From: Shigella phage vb_GEC_SH_GT
Strand: one strand, 5' to 3'
Length of the DNA stretch: 64,000 nt
Sequence record: OR887633
The position numbers were made by a program, and so were the translations under genes. The notes under the pieces are model-generated. The model saw only the letters and a program-made list of their open reading frames with translations, did not search any database and was not told the origin of the DNA. The first letter of the stretch is position 1, and every line of letters starts with the position of its first letter. Below, piece after piece: positions 9,875-19,134 of the stretch.

Positions 9875-10901
9875 AGTTCAGTGCATTTAGTGCATTGTTC
9901 AGTTTAGAACGTTGCTTCGTGAGATTTTTGACTTTTTCTTGAGCTTTTTCTAGCATCTTTTCAGCTTCTAGCACTTCATTAGTTGCTTTAACGAGTTCAT
10001 CATCTACTGCCTTGATAGACTTCTCAATCGCATCGGCATGCCATTTTTCAACAGGTTTAAGACTCGGATTTTCAACAGGAAGAAAATTCACTTTATTGAA
10101 TTTCCATGCATCCTTATTACCTGAACTATACATCCAAAATTTAGGATCGTTTGATGAGTAATTGGATAAATTTAAATTTAAGTTATCTTGCACTTCTTGC
10201 TTTTTCTCTTGTGTAACTTCGTCCTTTCTCAAAAAATCGTATTTAAATGAAACGATCATATCAAGTTCATATGTTGTTGTGTCTAATTTAAATCGTTCAA
10301 AACGAGGTAAAATCTTAGACTGAACAGCGGCAACAACATCCATATACTTAAATGCTTCTGTCAACTGCGATTTAAGGCATTCGCAAATTGAAAGAGAATT
10401 TTTTGTATTAGGTTTAAAGCTAATTCGTGCAGTTCTATTATTTTCTTTTAATGGTCTTACTTCCATCTGAAGAGTATAACCATCAAATTTCAGATTCTTT
10501 AAGTTAATATCAGAACCTTTTAATCGACTCGCAGTTGATAAAATTTGCTTTAATTGTCTACGGAACAGAGCAATAAATCTCCATTCAATACGATAATGAT
10601 TTGGATTGAAGAATCCAGATGATAAATCGACCTTACTTTGACCAACGCCTTGAACAAATAGAGGATTTTTATAATCAATAGTTTTACAGAAATCGGTGAG
10701 CTGCTCACGGGCCGTCATTTGTGTAATATACCCTGCTTTACTAAAATTACGCACCCATTCACTGCTATTCGTATACTTAAAGTGATGAATAACACGATTA
10801 ACTTTATCAGGGTCTAAATTATTTTCACACAAAAATGTCATAACATCACGAGTATAGCTGGCATTACGAACCATATCTTCAATTTGAGAACGAGTTTTCA
10901 T
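9873..10901 (-). CDS. Unknown protein, member 3 of a tandem array
   Basis: 342 aa; begins MKTR; C-terminal coiled-coil-like tail ...KAQEKVKNLTKQRSKLNNALNALN. Confidence 0.6.
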   Translation of the reverse strand: MKTRSQIEDMVRNASYTRDVMTFLCENNLDPDKVNRVIHHFKYTNSSEWVRNFSKAGYITQMTAREQLTDFCKTIDYKNPLFVQGVGQSKVDLSSGFFNPNHYRIEWRFIALFRRQLKQILSTASRLKGSDINLKNLKFDGYTLQMEVRPLKENNRTARISFKPNTKNSLSICECLKSQLTEAFKYMDVVAAVQSKILPRFERFKLDTTTYELDMIVSFKYDFLRKDEVTQEKKQEVQDNLNLNLSNYSSNDPKFWMYSSGNKDAWKFNKVNFLPVENPSLKPVEKWHADAIEKSIKAVDDELVKATNEVLEAEKMLEKAQEKVKNLTKQRSKLNNALNALN

Positions 10902-10909
10902 GGTATTCC

Positions 10910-11800
10910 TTAAGATTTAAGTAAATCAACGATTTTAATTAACTTTTCACGCTCAGATTTAGCTTTACTACTCAATCCAGATAGTCTGAAAATTTCATCG
11001 TCATATTGTTGAATAGAAATATTCAGCTCTTCAATTTGCTTATTAAAATAATCAATTTGTTCAGAATGTTTTTCGTTACTACGAACTGGTACAGGTTTTG
11101 TAGGCAATTTAGTTGAACTGGATTCATCCGGGCGATAAATTAAAATACAACTTGAACCAATAGGGCATTTTGCACCAGATGAATATTCTAATGTTCCAGC
11201 TTCTTTTAAAACTTCAAAAGCCAAACAGAGATGATGCCCCATATTAACATAATCTGTAGAGTGAGCTCTGATGTAATAATCATCTCCGCGAATACTGAAT
11301 TTAAAGCATTTAAGGTCTTCTGTATTATTGGTCTTAAAAATCATTTGTTTATCTAGACCTTTAGCTAATCGAGCGCCTAATGCTAATAATCGTCGTTGAT
11401 TTTCCCACAAATCCGTTATCATTTGATCGAATGATAATTTTGGCATTAGTCGACCATAAAGGTCATATCCTTTATTATAATTACGAAGAATTTCACTCGC
11501 ATTAATACGAGACAACGCTCCAATTTTATTAAGGGCTTTCATAATGCGATTAGATAAACTCATTCCAGACCCGGTTGTTCGCTGCAAATGTTTTTCTAAT
11601 CCAAATCCAATATCAACTTTAAACTTATCTAAAATTTCTGCATGAACATCTTTGTCGATAACATTCAAATCCAAAGTTGGGTTAAATCTATGAAAAAATT
11701 TATCTGGCTCTCCACGGCGAAGTACAGTCCATTCATTCATCATTTTTTTATTAACTAATGATTTAATTACTGCATTGACATTATTAATTACTACTGACAT
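10910..11800 (-). CDS. Unknown protein, member 4 of a tandem array
   Basis: Start at MSVVINN (GAGGAA RBS); Pro-rich linker then helical tail ...SKAKSEREKLIKIVDLLKS. Confidence 0.6.
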   Translation of the reverse strand: MSVVINNVNAVIKSLVNKKMMNEWTVLRRGEPDKFFHRFNPTLDLNVIDKDVHAEILDKFKVDIGFGLEKHLQRTTGSGMSLSNRIMKALNKIGALSRINASEILRNYNKGYDLYGRLMPKLSFDQMITDLWENQRRLLALGARLAKGLDKQMIFKTNNTEDLKCFKFSIRGDDYYIRAHSTDYVNMGHHLCLAFEVLKEAGTLEYSSGAKCPIGSSCILIYRPDESSSTKLPTKPVPVRSNEKHSEQIDYFNKQIEELNISIQQYDDEIFRLSGLSSKAKSEREKLIKIVDLLKS

Positions 11801-11807
11801 ATTTTCC

Positions 11808-12215
11808 TCACTCAATTTCAATTTTACTAAATACACAGAATATGATTGAACAGACTACATAAGCGCCACACACGGATTGAACTAATACCATCCCAAAGAA
11901 CCAAACAATATTATCAAACAGTGTCTGTTTTACGTCGAAAGGACGTAAACTTACAGTAATATTATCACCCTTTTCTATTGAAGAATACATCTCTGGGGAA
12001 ATATATTCACTAAATCTATAACCGTCTTTGAGTTCATATACGGCAATAAACGATAAACTAGACCCTTTTCCTTGTGTTCCTGTAATGGTATTAACTACAG
12101 TAACATCATAATCTTTATAATGCATATAATCATTAATTGCGTAATAACCGTATGCAACTACTACACATAAACAACATATCAATAAATTCAATCTTTTAAT
12201 TATCAACTGTTTCAT
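11808..12215 (-). CDS. Two-TM membrane protein
   Basis: 135 aa; hydrophobic N- and C-terminal segments. Confidence 0.55.
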   Translation of the reverse strand: MKQLIIKRLNLLICCLCVVVAYGYYAINDYMHYKDYDVTVVNTITGTQGKGSSLSFIAVYELKDGYRFSEYISPEMYSSIEKGDNITVSLRPFDVKQTLFDNIVWFFGMVLVQSVCGAYVVCSIIFCVFSKIEIE

Positions 12216-12270
12216 AATAATCTCAATTAAAAGGGCTTAGAACCATTATACCATCCTTGGTATAAAGCGG

Positions 12271-12798
12271 TTATGCGAGTACCGTCTTTAACCGTTCTTC
12301 AAACTTCCGAAGAGTATTTTGGCGTTCAGCTCTTTGCTTTTTGTAAGTTTCAATACGCTCTGAAATGAGAGTGTATCGTTCATTTACTGATTCTTTCATA
12401 AAATCAGGAATTTCACGAGAAGCTTTAATCTCATCAAATTTATCAATAACAGCTTGCTCTTCAGCAATTAAGTTATCATACATTAAAATATCTTTCTTGA
12501 TGAACTCAATATCTTCTTGAGTTACACGAGACATTTTAGATGCTTTATCCTTTTTGTACTGTTCGTTAGTATCACGAGACCAATGTAATGTACGATTTTT
12601 ATTCGTATTCTTGTAAATTTCTACAATACCAATCTCATCAATAATAACGATCCAATTCCAACGGGATTTGTAAATTTGTCCTCCATCAACAGTGATTTCA
12701 CCTCCGATTGAGATGTCATTAAAGAACTTGCTTTGTGCTTCAGATTTAAATTTACCATCGTTGTAATTTACCAAGTTAAAAATATCTTTAGCGTTCAT
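12271..12798 (-). CDS. Hypothetical protein
   Basis: 175 aa, helical charged C-terminal half. Confidence 0.55.
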   Translation of the reverse strand: MNAKDIFNLVNYNDGKFKSEAQSKFFNDISIGGEITVDGGQIYKSRWNWIVIIDEIGIVEIYKNTNKNRTLHWSRDTNEQYKKDKASKMSRVTQEDIEFIKKDILMYDNLIAEEQAVIDKFDEIKASREIPDFMKESVNERYTLISERIETYKKQRAERQNTLRKFEERLKTVLA

Positions 12799-12823
12799 TT
12801 TCTGTTCCTCCGTAGTTGATAGT

Positions 12824-12856
12824 TGTATAGTACCACAGAGGAACAGTCTTGTAAAC
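12824..12856 (-). promoter_or_regulatory. T4-type early promoter (minus strand)
   Basis: tgtatagtacc ... tgtaaacc module directly upstream of the gene starting at 12798. Confidence 0.5.
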
Positions 12857-12858
12857 CA

Positions 12859-13161
12859 CTAAAAGAAACTTCTTTCACAATTTTTTCCACTGAACCATGC
12901 GCTCACTGCTTTCTTAGTCTCAGGAGCAGTGTTATCCATAAACCATTCAAAGGCAGCCTTTTTATGATTCTGGAGGGCTTCTCGGGCTTTAATCTGCTCA
13001 CGGTCTATTAACACTAACATATGAGCCTTTCTTGTCACCATGGGCTTCTTATGATTTTTTGAATATTCCCAATCATTTGTCCATCGCATCGTTGTTGCGA
13101 ATTGAAGTACAGCTTCTTTAATTTTAGTTTCGTAAATTTCACGAGCCTTTGAGTATAACAT
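12859..13161 (-). CDS. Hypothetical protein
   Basis: ORF 12859-13173; start at MLYSK has a GGAGGT RBS. Confidence 0.5.
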   Translation of the reverse strand: MLYSKAREIYETKIKEAVLQFATTMRWTNDWEYSKNHKKPMVTRKAHMLVLIDREQIKAREALQNHKKAAFEWFMDNTAPETKKAVSAWFSGKNCERSFF

Positions 13162-13262
13162 CACTACCTCCATTTACCAGTTTAATTCTAGTCATCTTTT
13201 TAATGGCAGTCCATATAATCTATTTCTGAACTGCCTTTTTGTCATAGAAGTCCTCTTATGAA

Positions 13263-14231
13263 TTATTTCAGAAGAGTAACCTCAGCGATTTCTTCCCAAC
13301 CGTTTTTGTCGGTCATAATAAAGTCAGCAAGATAAAGTGCAGTACGCAGTGAAACATTACGTAAACGGTTAACATTGACTTTCATCCATGATAATGCTTT
13401 GTAAGTTTCTTCATCAGAAAGACCGCGTTTTTGCATCATGTCGGTTGAAAGAATAACATCTTCAACCCTGACCATAATTTCTTCATTAGTGTGAACACCC
13501 AAATCTAAATAAACTGAGCGGGACACTAATGCTTGTAAATGTGGAGCAAGTTTAGTACCACGGTCTAATTCGCGGTCAATGTCAACGTTTGTGATAAAAA
13601 CAATCGTTCCTTTAAATTCAAACTCACGCTCAATGCCTTTTTCTTCTAAGTAAGAAGATGCAGTGCTCCAGCAGACTTTACGGGTCTCTCCAGTGTCCAG
13701 AGCAGCTTTCAGAAGATTAAGAATGTCCATATCAGAGAAAACATCCACATCATCAATCAAAAGGACAGAATTCTCTTCACGATTATTCCAAAGCTGTTCA
13801 TAAAGACCGATACCGGAGATTTTACCGTTAATGCTTTTATATTCAATGTATCCATTGTCATTTGCTTTATTTAAAGCTTTATCTAAAGAATACGTTTTAC
13901 CAATACCCGCCGCACCAGAGATAATTAATGAACGAATGTTTCCGTTAATAATACCATTCGTCATCATTCCCATAACATTAAATCTTTTATTAATGCGGGT
14001 TTTCATATCTTCATATGATTCTTTAACTTCTTCAACTTTTACACCATCATATGAAATGTCTGATTTGTAAACCCAAACACCACGACGTTTACCGTCAATT
14101 TCAACAAAAACTTTACCATCTCCTTGTGCATCTACCGGAGCATTATCCGGGAACCATTCGCCTAAGAGCTCAAAAGTTCCAGAGATTTCTTTACCGAAGT
14201 AGATACCCTTATTGATAGTTACAGTTTTCAT
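13263..14231 (-). CDS. P-loop NTPase (AAA-like ATPase)
   Basis: Walker A GAAGIGKT and Walker B LLIDDVD in the translation; start at MKTVTINK with GGAG RBS. Confidence 0.7.
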   Translation of the reverse strand: MKTVTINKGIYFGKEISGTFELLGEWFPDNAPVDAQGDGKVFVEIDGKRRGVWVYKSDISYDGVKVEEVKESYEDMKTRINKRFNVMGMMTNGIINGNIRSLIISGAAGIGKTYSLDKALNKANDNGYIEYKSINGKISGIGLYEQLWNNREENSVLLIDDVDVFSDMDILNLLKAALDTGETRKVCWSTASSYLEEKGIEREFEFKGTIVFITNVDIDRELDRGTKLAPHLQALVSRSVYLDLGVHTNEEIMVRVEDVILSTDMMQKRGLSDEETYKALSWMKVNVNRLRNVSLRTALYLADFIMTDKNGWEEIAEVTLLK

Positions 14232-14264
14232 TTTATTCTCCAAATCCGTATCAGTTGATAGATG

Positions 14265-14296
14265 TATAGTACCATAAAGCTTTATGCTTGTAAACA
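14265..14296 (-). promoter_or_regulatory. T4-type early promoter (minus strand)
   Basis: gtatagtacc ... tgtaaaca module upstream of the ATPase start. Confidence 0.5.
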
Positions 14297-14325
14297 GTTT
14301 TGTGAAAAATTTTTGAAATAAAAAA

Positions 14326-14343
14326 GGGAGCCCGAAGGCTCCC
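14326..14343 (-). terminator. Stable hairpin with UUCG tetraloop (minus-strand RNA)
   Basis: gggagcc-cgaa-ggctccc, 7-bp stem, 3' of the nucleotidyltransferase ORF. Confidence 0.55.
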
Positions 14344-14345
14344 TA

Positions 14346-15356
14346 TCATTTATAATAACTTCGGTGGTTTTCAAGATAGACCTTCTCAAGGAAGTCATCC
14401 CAGAAACTCATGTCTACTTTTTGCTGCATACCGTTCTTAGAAGCTTCAGTAGATGCTGCTTCTACTTGATCGACCACATCTTCCAAAAACTCTTGAACCG
14501 TTTTAAATGGATGTTTACCCAACTTCACGTCGAGAATAAATGGAGCATCTTTGAGTGGATAAACCAAGTCACCAGTTTTGTAAATTTCCAATAGTTGAAG
14601 TCCACCACGACAAGCATGGCTCAAAGCTTTCCAGTCAATACCTTCGTTGGCTTCGGCCTTACGAGCACGTTCACCGTATTCAGCATCTAATTTGTTCAGT
14701 GACTGCTTAAGTTCAATAAGAGAAAGCGTTGTCTGATATTTACGACCCAACACAGTGTAGAACGTTTGTGGGCCTGTTTTCTCATGATTATGGAACACCC
14801 ATTCACAGAATTCGTTTTCTGGAAGACGATGCTTAATATCTTCAACTTTAGTACGACGCTGCTTAATAGAACCATCTTCTTGGTAATCAATCCATTGCTC
14901 AGGGATTTGATTAACTACTTTCAATACATCACGTAATGCAGCCAAACGAGAACCCTTGACGCCATATTTAGAAGCTTGCTTACGGACATATCCTAAATAG
15001 GATTTCATGTTAGTCGTATAAAAACGAGAACGGTTGTCTTGAATAAACTTCCACACATCAGGCAAATCAGATTTAACCACTAGTTCAGGTGGAGTGTGAA
15101 GCATATCCAATGCTACGGTTTCACCATCTGCTGCTAATTTAAAGAAATATTTAAGACTGTATAGTTCATGGTCAATATCATCTTTAGTGTTTTTAGATGA
15201 TGTGTTGTTAGTGTTTTTGCTCATATGCTCTTTGACATTTCCGATAAGAATATCGCGAGCAGGAGGAACAAAGATTTCTTTAAAATCTACATCAGATTCT
15301 GGGGTAGAAGTTCCATAAAGATGACTACCAAAATAAGACTTAACTACAGTTTTCAT
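14346..15356 (-). CDS. Pol-beta-superfamily nucleotidyltransferase-like protein
   Basis: N-terminal GS-x10-DVD signature (FGSHLYGTSTPESDVDF); start uncertain (15356 or 15392). Confidence 0.65.
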   Translation of the reverse strand: MKTVVKSYFGSHLYGTSTPESDVDFKEIFVPPARDILIGNVKEHMSKNTNNTSSKNTKDDIDHELYSLKYFFKLAADGETVALDMLHTPPELVVKSDLPDVWKFIQDNRSRFYTTNMKSYLGYVRKQASKYGVKGSRLAALRDVLKVVNQIPEQWIDYQEDGSIKQRRTKVEDIKHRLPENEFCEWVFHNHEKTGPQTFYTVLGRKYQTTLSLIELKQSLNKLDAEYGERARKAEANEGIDWKALSHACRGGLQLLEIYKTGDLVYPLKDAPFILDVKLGKHPFKTVQEFLEDVVDQVEAASTEASKNGMQQKVDMSFWDDFLEKVYLENHRSYYK

Positions 15357-16119
15357 TATTAGACCTTTCATAATCTTCATTAAATTGTACAATCAATCGA
15401 TGATAATTAGATTTTGGATATCCTAATTTACTTATATAAGTTCCGAATGACCCACGTTTAGGTCTATTTAATTTAATCCATAACTTATAAAGTAAGTCAT
15501 AGTCTTGCCAATGTTTACCAGTTCTTTGTCTAATTTTAGATGAATTTGATTGTTTCTTTTTAGTTTCAAAATTATTCAAAGATTTTTTGACTGCAGCAGA
15601 GTGTTTTTCTTTAACTCCCGGCCGTTTAAAAGCAGCTTTCACCCCTTTAGATATTTTTTCTTTAACTTCCGGTTTGTTTTGTGCTTCTAACTGGGATTCT
15701 GAAATTTTAGCCCTTATTTCAGGAAGACTTAATGTTATCGAACGTTTTTCTCTGTATTCATTAGACTTCCACATTTCTTTCATTGTATTAGAATGTATTT
15801 TTGAAAATTTTTCTCTAACTAACTGATATCCTCTTGAAGTTAATTTGAGATTTCTTCCTAAAGAATCTTCTCCAAAATTATAAAATGACCACCATGCATA
15901 AATTAATCCAGGCGAATTATAATGAATTTTAGCTAAAAGCCAATGGGCTATAAAATGCTCTCTAGCTGTTAATAAAACTAGATTATCAGAATCATCATTA
16001 CCACCAATACAAGATGGAATAATATGATGCTTTTCCGTATAAAAATTTAATTTAGATTTATCTAATTTTCTGAGTTTTCCTTTCTTAATTAAATTATTAT
16101 ATACTTTAGTATAATTCAT
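15340..16119 (-). CDS. HNH endonuclease (mobD-like, putative homing endonuclease)
   Basis: HHIIPSCIGGNDDSDNLVLLTAREHFIAHW HNH motif; basic C-terminal half. Confidence 0.75.
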   Translation of the reverse strand: MNYTKVYNNLIKKGKLRKLDKSKLNFYTEKHHIIPSCIGGNDDSDNLVLLTAREHFIAHWLLAKIHYNSPGLIYAWWSFYNFGEDSLGRNLKLTSRGYQLVREKFSKIHSNTMKEMWKSNEYREKRSITLSLPEIRAKISESQLEAQNKPEVKEKISKGVKAAFKRPGVKEKHSAAVKKSLNNFETKKKQSNSSKIRQRTGKHWQDYDLLYKLWIKLNRPKRGSFGTYISKLGYPKSNYHRLIVQFNEDYERSNNENCS

Positions 16120-16193
16120 TGGTTCTTCGTCTCATTTAATTTTGCTTTGCATTTATAACACATGTCTGTTCCACTTGAAATAAACATATTTCC

Positions 16194-16727
16194 TCACTTT
16201 GAAATCATAGTTGGAATAACAGAATCAAGATAAGTCTTTAGTGCAATAGCTTCGTCTTTGGTAAATGTGACAATATGTGCTCGAAAATCATCAATTTGAC
16301 GAATAGTTAAGACATCTCCATCTTCATAACATTTTGATACGTTTAAAACAGTTTCATCATTCTGATTACAGGAGTTAGTAATAATAGCATTACATTTTTT
16401 AAACCATTTTAAATTATGTTTTCTTTTAGTAGAATCATAAAAATATTTAATGTTAGTTATAAAATTATCCCAATTATTAATTGATAAGCACATTGACTCG
16501 CTTTTAATATTAAATCCTGGGCATGAAGAATAAAAATGAATTTTATGCTCATCATTAATGCTTACAATTTTATCAGTGTAAGGTTTTTCAATTTGGGTTA
16601 AATGAATAATTTCGCTAGGCGTAAAATATAGCATATCGTCTTCTTGCGTCAAACGATACATATTATTTACTTTTTCTATAGCCAATTCACCAAAAAGTGA
16701 ACTAACTTCTAATACTAATCGTTTCAT
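16194..16727 (-). CDS. Hypothetical protein
   Basis: 177 aa ORF. Confidence 0.55.
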   Translation of the reverse strand: MKRLVLEVSSLFGELAIEKVNNMYRLTQEDDMLYFTPSEIIHLTQIEKPYTDKIVSINDEHKIHFYSSCPGFNIKSESMCLSINNWDNFITNIKYFYDSTKRKHNLKWFKKCNAIITNSCNQNDETVLNVSKCYEDGDVLTIRQIDDFRAHIVTFTKDEAIALKTYLDSVIPTMISK

Positions 16728-16728
16728 A

Positions 16729-17007
16729 TTAATCCTTTTTATTTGCGCTGATTTGTTCTAAAATTTTAGAGTATTCCTTTGTATCAGATTTACGTACAAT
16801 TGATACACTATAAGGCATACTATCGGTGTCTTTTATAAAGCGTTCCAAATGACACTCTAACAAAATTTCTGGATTATAAATCGTGTACATCAAATTACCT
16901 GTTGCTCCACGATATTGGCAGATTTCTACTGATTGAACACCATTCCATAATTTTGTTAAAACTAAGTCACCTACTTCTAATTTAGGAAAACTCATATTAT
17001 TCACCAA
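16729..17007 (-). CDS. Hypothetical protein
   Basis: 92 aa ORF. Confidence 0.5.
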   Translation of the reverse strand: MVNNMSFPKLEVGDLVLTKLWNGVQSVEICQYRGATGNLMYTIYNPEILLECHLERFIKDTDSMPYSVSIVRKSDTKEYSKILEQISANKKD

Positions 17008-17179
17008 TTAAAGTTTCAACAAAATTCACTAAATCGTTCTGACGAGCGTCAACCTGTTTTTCATAGAAATCAGCAGCGCCATCATTTACTGCGTGATAAG
17101 CCACATCATTTAAATCGGTATCGGCTTCACGTAAGTCATGAATAAGGTCCATCAACTTATTGGCTTGTTCACGGGTCAT
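16997..17179 (-). CDS. Small protein of the MxTREQ paralog family
   Basis: 60 aa; MTREQANKLMDLIHDLREAD... Confidence 0.55.
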   Translation of the reverse strand: MTREQANKLMDLIHDLREADTDLNDVAYHAVNDGAADFYEKQVDARQNDLVNFVETLIGE

Positions 17180-17203
17180 TACATACTCCTTTGAATCATA
17201 TCA

Positions 17204-17234
17204 ATAATATTGTTCACCAGATTATAGGTAAACA
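17204..17234 (-). promoter_or_regulatory. Early promoter-like element
   Basis: ggtaaaca (revcomp GTTTACC) with AT-rich -10 upstream of the gene starting at 17179. Confidence 0.35.
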
Positions 17235-17300
17235 AAGGATAATTATATTGAATCATCACATACACAACAAACAAAATTTTCATTCTCTTCTCCCCAGCAG

Positions 17301-17332
17301 TTGACAAGATTATGGTATAGTAATCTTGTCAA
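17301..17332. repeat. Perfect 12-bp inverted repeat with 8-bp spacer
   Basis: ttgacaagatta-tggtatag-taatcttgtcaa in an intergenic gap. Confidence 0.8.
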
Positions 17333-17343
17333 CTTGTAAACCA

Positions 17344-17517
17344 TTAAATGACGTTTTCAATAAAATTTTGAAGCTTTGTGTGAGCATCAACCATGATTTT
17401 CATTTCTTCTTTGGCGAAAGCTGTACCTCTTTCCCGAGCAGAATACTCATAGTCAGAAACTGCATTAGCATATTCTTCAATTAGCTTCATTAAAAACATC
17501 TGCTTTTCAGTTTTCAT
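17344..17517 (-). CDS. Small protein (57 aa, below the ORF-track cutoff), paralog-family-like
   Basis: Hand translation MKTEKQMFLMKLIEEYANAVSDYEYSARERG...; fills the gap. Confidence 0.4.
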   Translation of the reverse strand: MKTEKQMFLMKLIEEYANAVSDYEYSARERGTAFAKEEMKIMVDAHTKLQNFIENVI

Positions 17518-17701
17518 TATTCCACCTAATCATTTCAAGATATTGAACTAACTTAGCTTTAGATTTATCCAAATCCTTTTTAGCTGCTTCTATACCGTCG
17601 TATGAATATCCTTCACAATGCTCAACTGCTAATTGATATGAATCTATTTCAATATCACGTGCTAATTTAATGATTTTTTCAAACTGTTCACGTGTTAGCA
17701 T
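17507..17701 (-). CDS. Small protein of the MxTREQ paralog family
   Basis: 64 aa; MLTREQFEKIIKLARDIEID... Confidence 0.55.
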   Translation of the reverse strand: MLTREQFEKIIKLARDIEIDSYQLAVEHCEGYSYDGIEAAKKDLDKSKAKLVQYLEMIRWNNEN

Positions 17702-17703
17702 AA

Positions 17704-17907
17704 TTAAACTCTCGTATTATGATCGATAATTTCATCAAGAAACATATCTAACGCTTCTAAAGCATTATCAACTTTAGCTTCAAGTTCATCAATGCCTTTA
17801 TTTGCAATGCCTGACGAAAACCAAGCAAAGTCACTAAGTTCCTCGTCTGCTTTACGAATTAAAGCTACCAATTCCTTAATTTTATCCGCTTGTTCGATAC
17901 TAATCAT
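17704..17907 (-). CDS. Small protein of the same paralog family
   Basis: Start at [21 protein letters not shown]...; ATG overlaps the next stop. Confidence 0.5.
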   Translation of the reverse strand: MISIEQADKIKELVALIRKADEELSDFAWFSSGIANKGIDELEAKVDNALEALDMFLDEIIDHNTRV

Positions 17908-18095
17908 TATTCCACCACATATGAAAGAGAGAATATTGCACACGCCATGTGAGTTGCAACTTCATCACACATATTATAACGTTTCTTAAGAAGTTCTACA
18001 AGTTCTTCACTAGTAACTTCATCCATGTCGACGAAAAAATCACCATTAATGATGACGTAGATATTTCCTTCTTGATTGAGTGCTTCAATTTTCAT
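17907..18095 (-). CDS. Hypothetical small acidic protein
   Basis: Start at MKIEALNQ (GAGGAGAA RBS); the longer ORF start would sit inside the promoter. Confidence 0.5.
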
Positions 18096-18122
18096 GATGT
18101 TCTCCTCTTTATCCGATGGTTG

Positions 18123-18154
18123 TATAGTATCACAGCTCAAATGGAAAGTAAACC
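18123..18154 (-). promoter_or_regulatory. T4-type early promoter (minus strand)
   Basis: tgtatagtatcac ... agtaaacc module. Confidence 0.5.
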
Positions 18155-18169
18155 GGTAAAATGAAAAAA

Positions 18170-18185
18170 GTCTCCCGAAGGAGAC
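18170..18185 (-). terminator. Stable hairpin with UUCG tetraloop
   Basis: gtctcc-cgaa-ggagac 3' of the 18191-18577 ORF. Confidence 0.55.
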
Positions 18186-18190
18186 TAACG

Positions 18191-18577
18191 TTATTCGAGG
18201 GAAAGAAGATACTTACTCTGGTAAAACATTCCAGTAATATCATCTATCGTGCTTTGGATGGCTGGAGGCATTTCTTTATAAATGCTGTTAGATTGGTCTA
18301 GTATGCGATCAATCATTTTAATTGTGTCGGTAGGAAGTTTACTGGCATCTGGAATTGAAGGTGTGTATTTTCTACCAGAATACCCCAAATATTGCTCACC
18401 AAATTTATCAATCAAATCTGGCAACTCGGAGAAAATAAAATCGTATGCTTTGTGTCTAGCATAACTTTTAGTTTCAAAATGTGCAGAATGAAAATAAGCT
18501 TGTGCAGCCATTAATAAACCTAAGTATTCATCTGCCTTTGAAGGTTTTCCACTTTGTGAAAAGTCGCTGAATTTCAT
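18191..18577 (-). CDS. Hypothetical protein (rI.1 position)
   Basis: 128 aa ORF directly downstream of rI. Confidence 0.55.
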
Positions 18578-18867
18578 TCAGTCTCCAATTTAATGTTCAT
18601 AATTCTAGCGTATGATTGTGCCATCTCCGCGCCTCGCTCTATACATTCAAAATCAGAAGAGCACGGGTCATTTTTATAGGTCGTTCTCATAAAACTATAG
18701 AATTGTTCAGACGATTCTACGCTTTTATTTTCAAAAAGCATATAAACGTGCCTAATACCAGATTCCATAAATTTATCAAAATGAGGATCGACATTCGCTT
18801 CAATCGGTGGAGATAAAGCAAACGCTAATCCTAGCATGGCAAATAGTGCCGTTGCTTTTAAGGCCAT
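18574..18867 (-). CDS. rI: Lysis inhibition regulator RI (antiholin)
   Basis: 97 aa; MALKATALFAMLGLAFALSPPIEANVDPHF... matches recalled T4 RI. Confidence 0.88.
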   Translation of the reverse strand: MALKATALFAMLGLAFALSPPIEANVDPHFDKFMESGIRHVYMLFENKSVESSEQFYSFMRTTYKNDPCSSDFECIERGAEMAQSYARIMNIKLETE

Positions 18868-18879
18868 AAAGGCCTCCTA

Positions 18880-19092
18880 TCATTTTTGTCCTGTATTTAC
18901 TTTATGCCGATGCACGGCCTTAACTTTATCAAGGTATTTTTCAAAATTTCGCAATCTAGTATAGTCTGCCGGAGATTGGTTGAGTGATACTTCTCGACGC
19001 AAAGCTGAAATGATATTTCCAACTTCCCTACGAATTTCATCTAATTGAAGAACGGTAAGATTGCGAAGTTGCTTTTCAGTTAATTGTAGCAT
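18880..19092 (-). CDS. Hypothetical protein (rI.-1 position)
   Basis: 70 aa basic ORF. Confidence 0.5.
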
Positions 19093-19134
19093 ATATACCC
19101 CTTTAGTTAGATAAACCTATTTATAACTTTTGCA

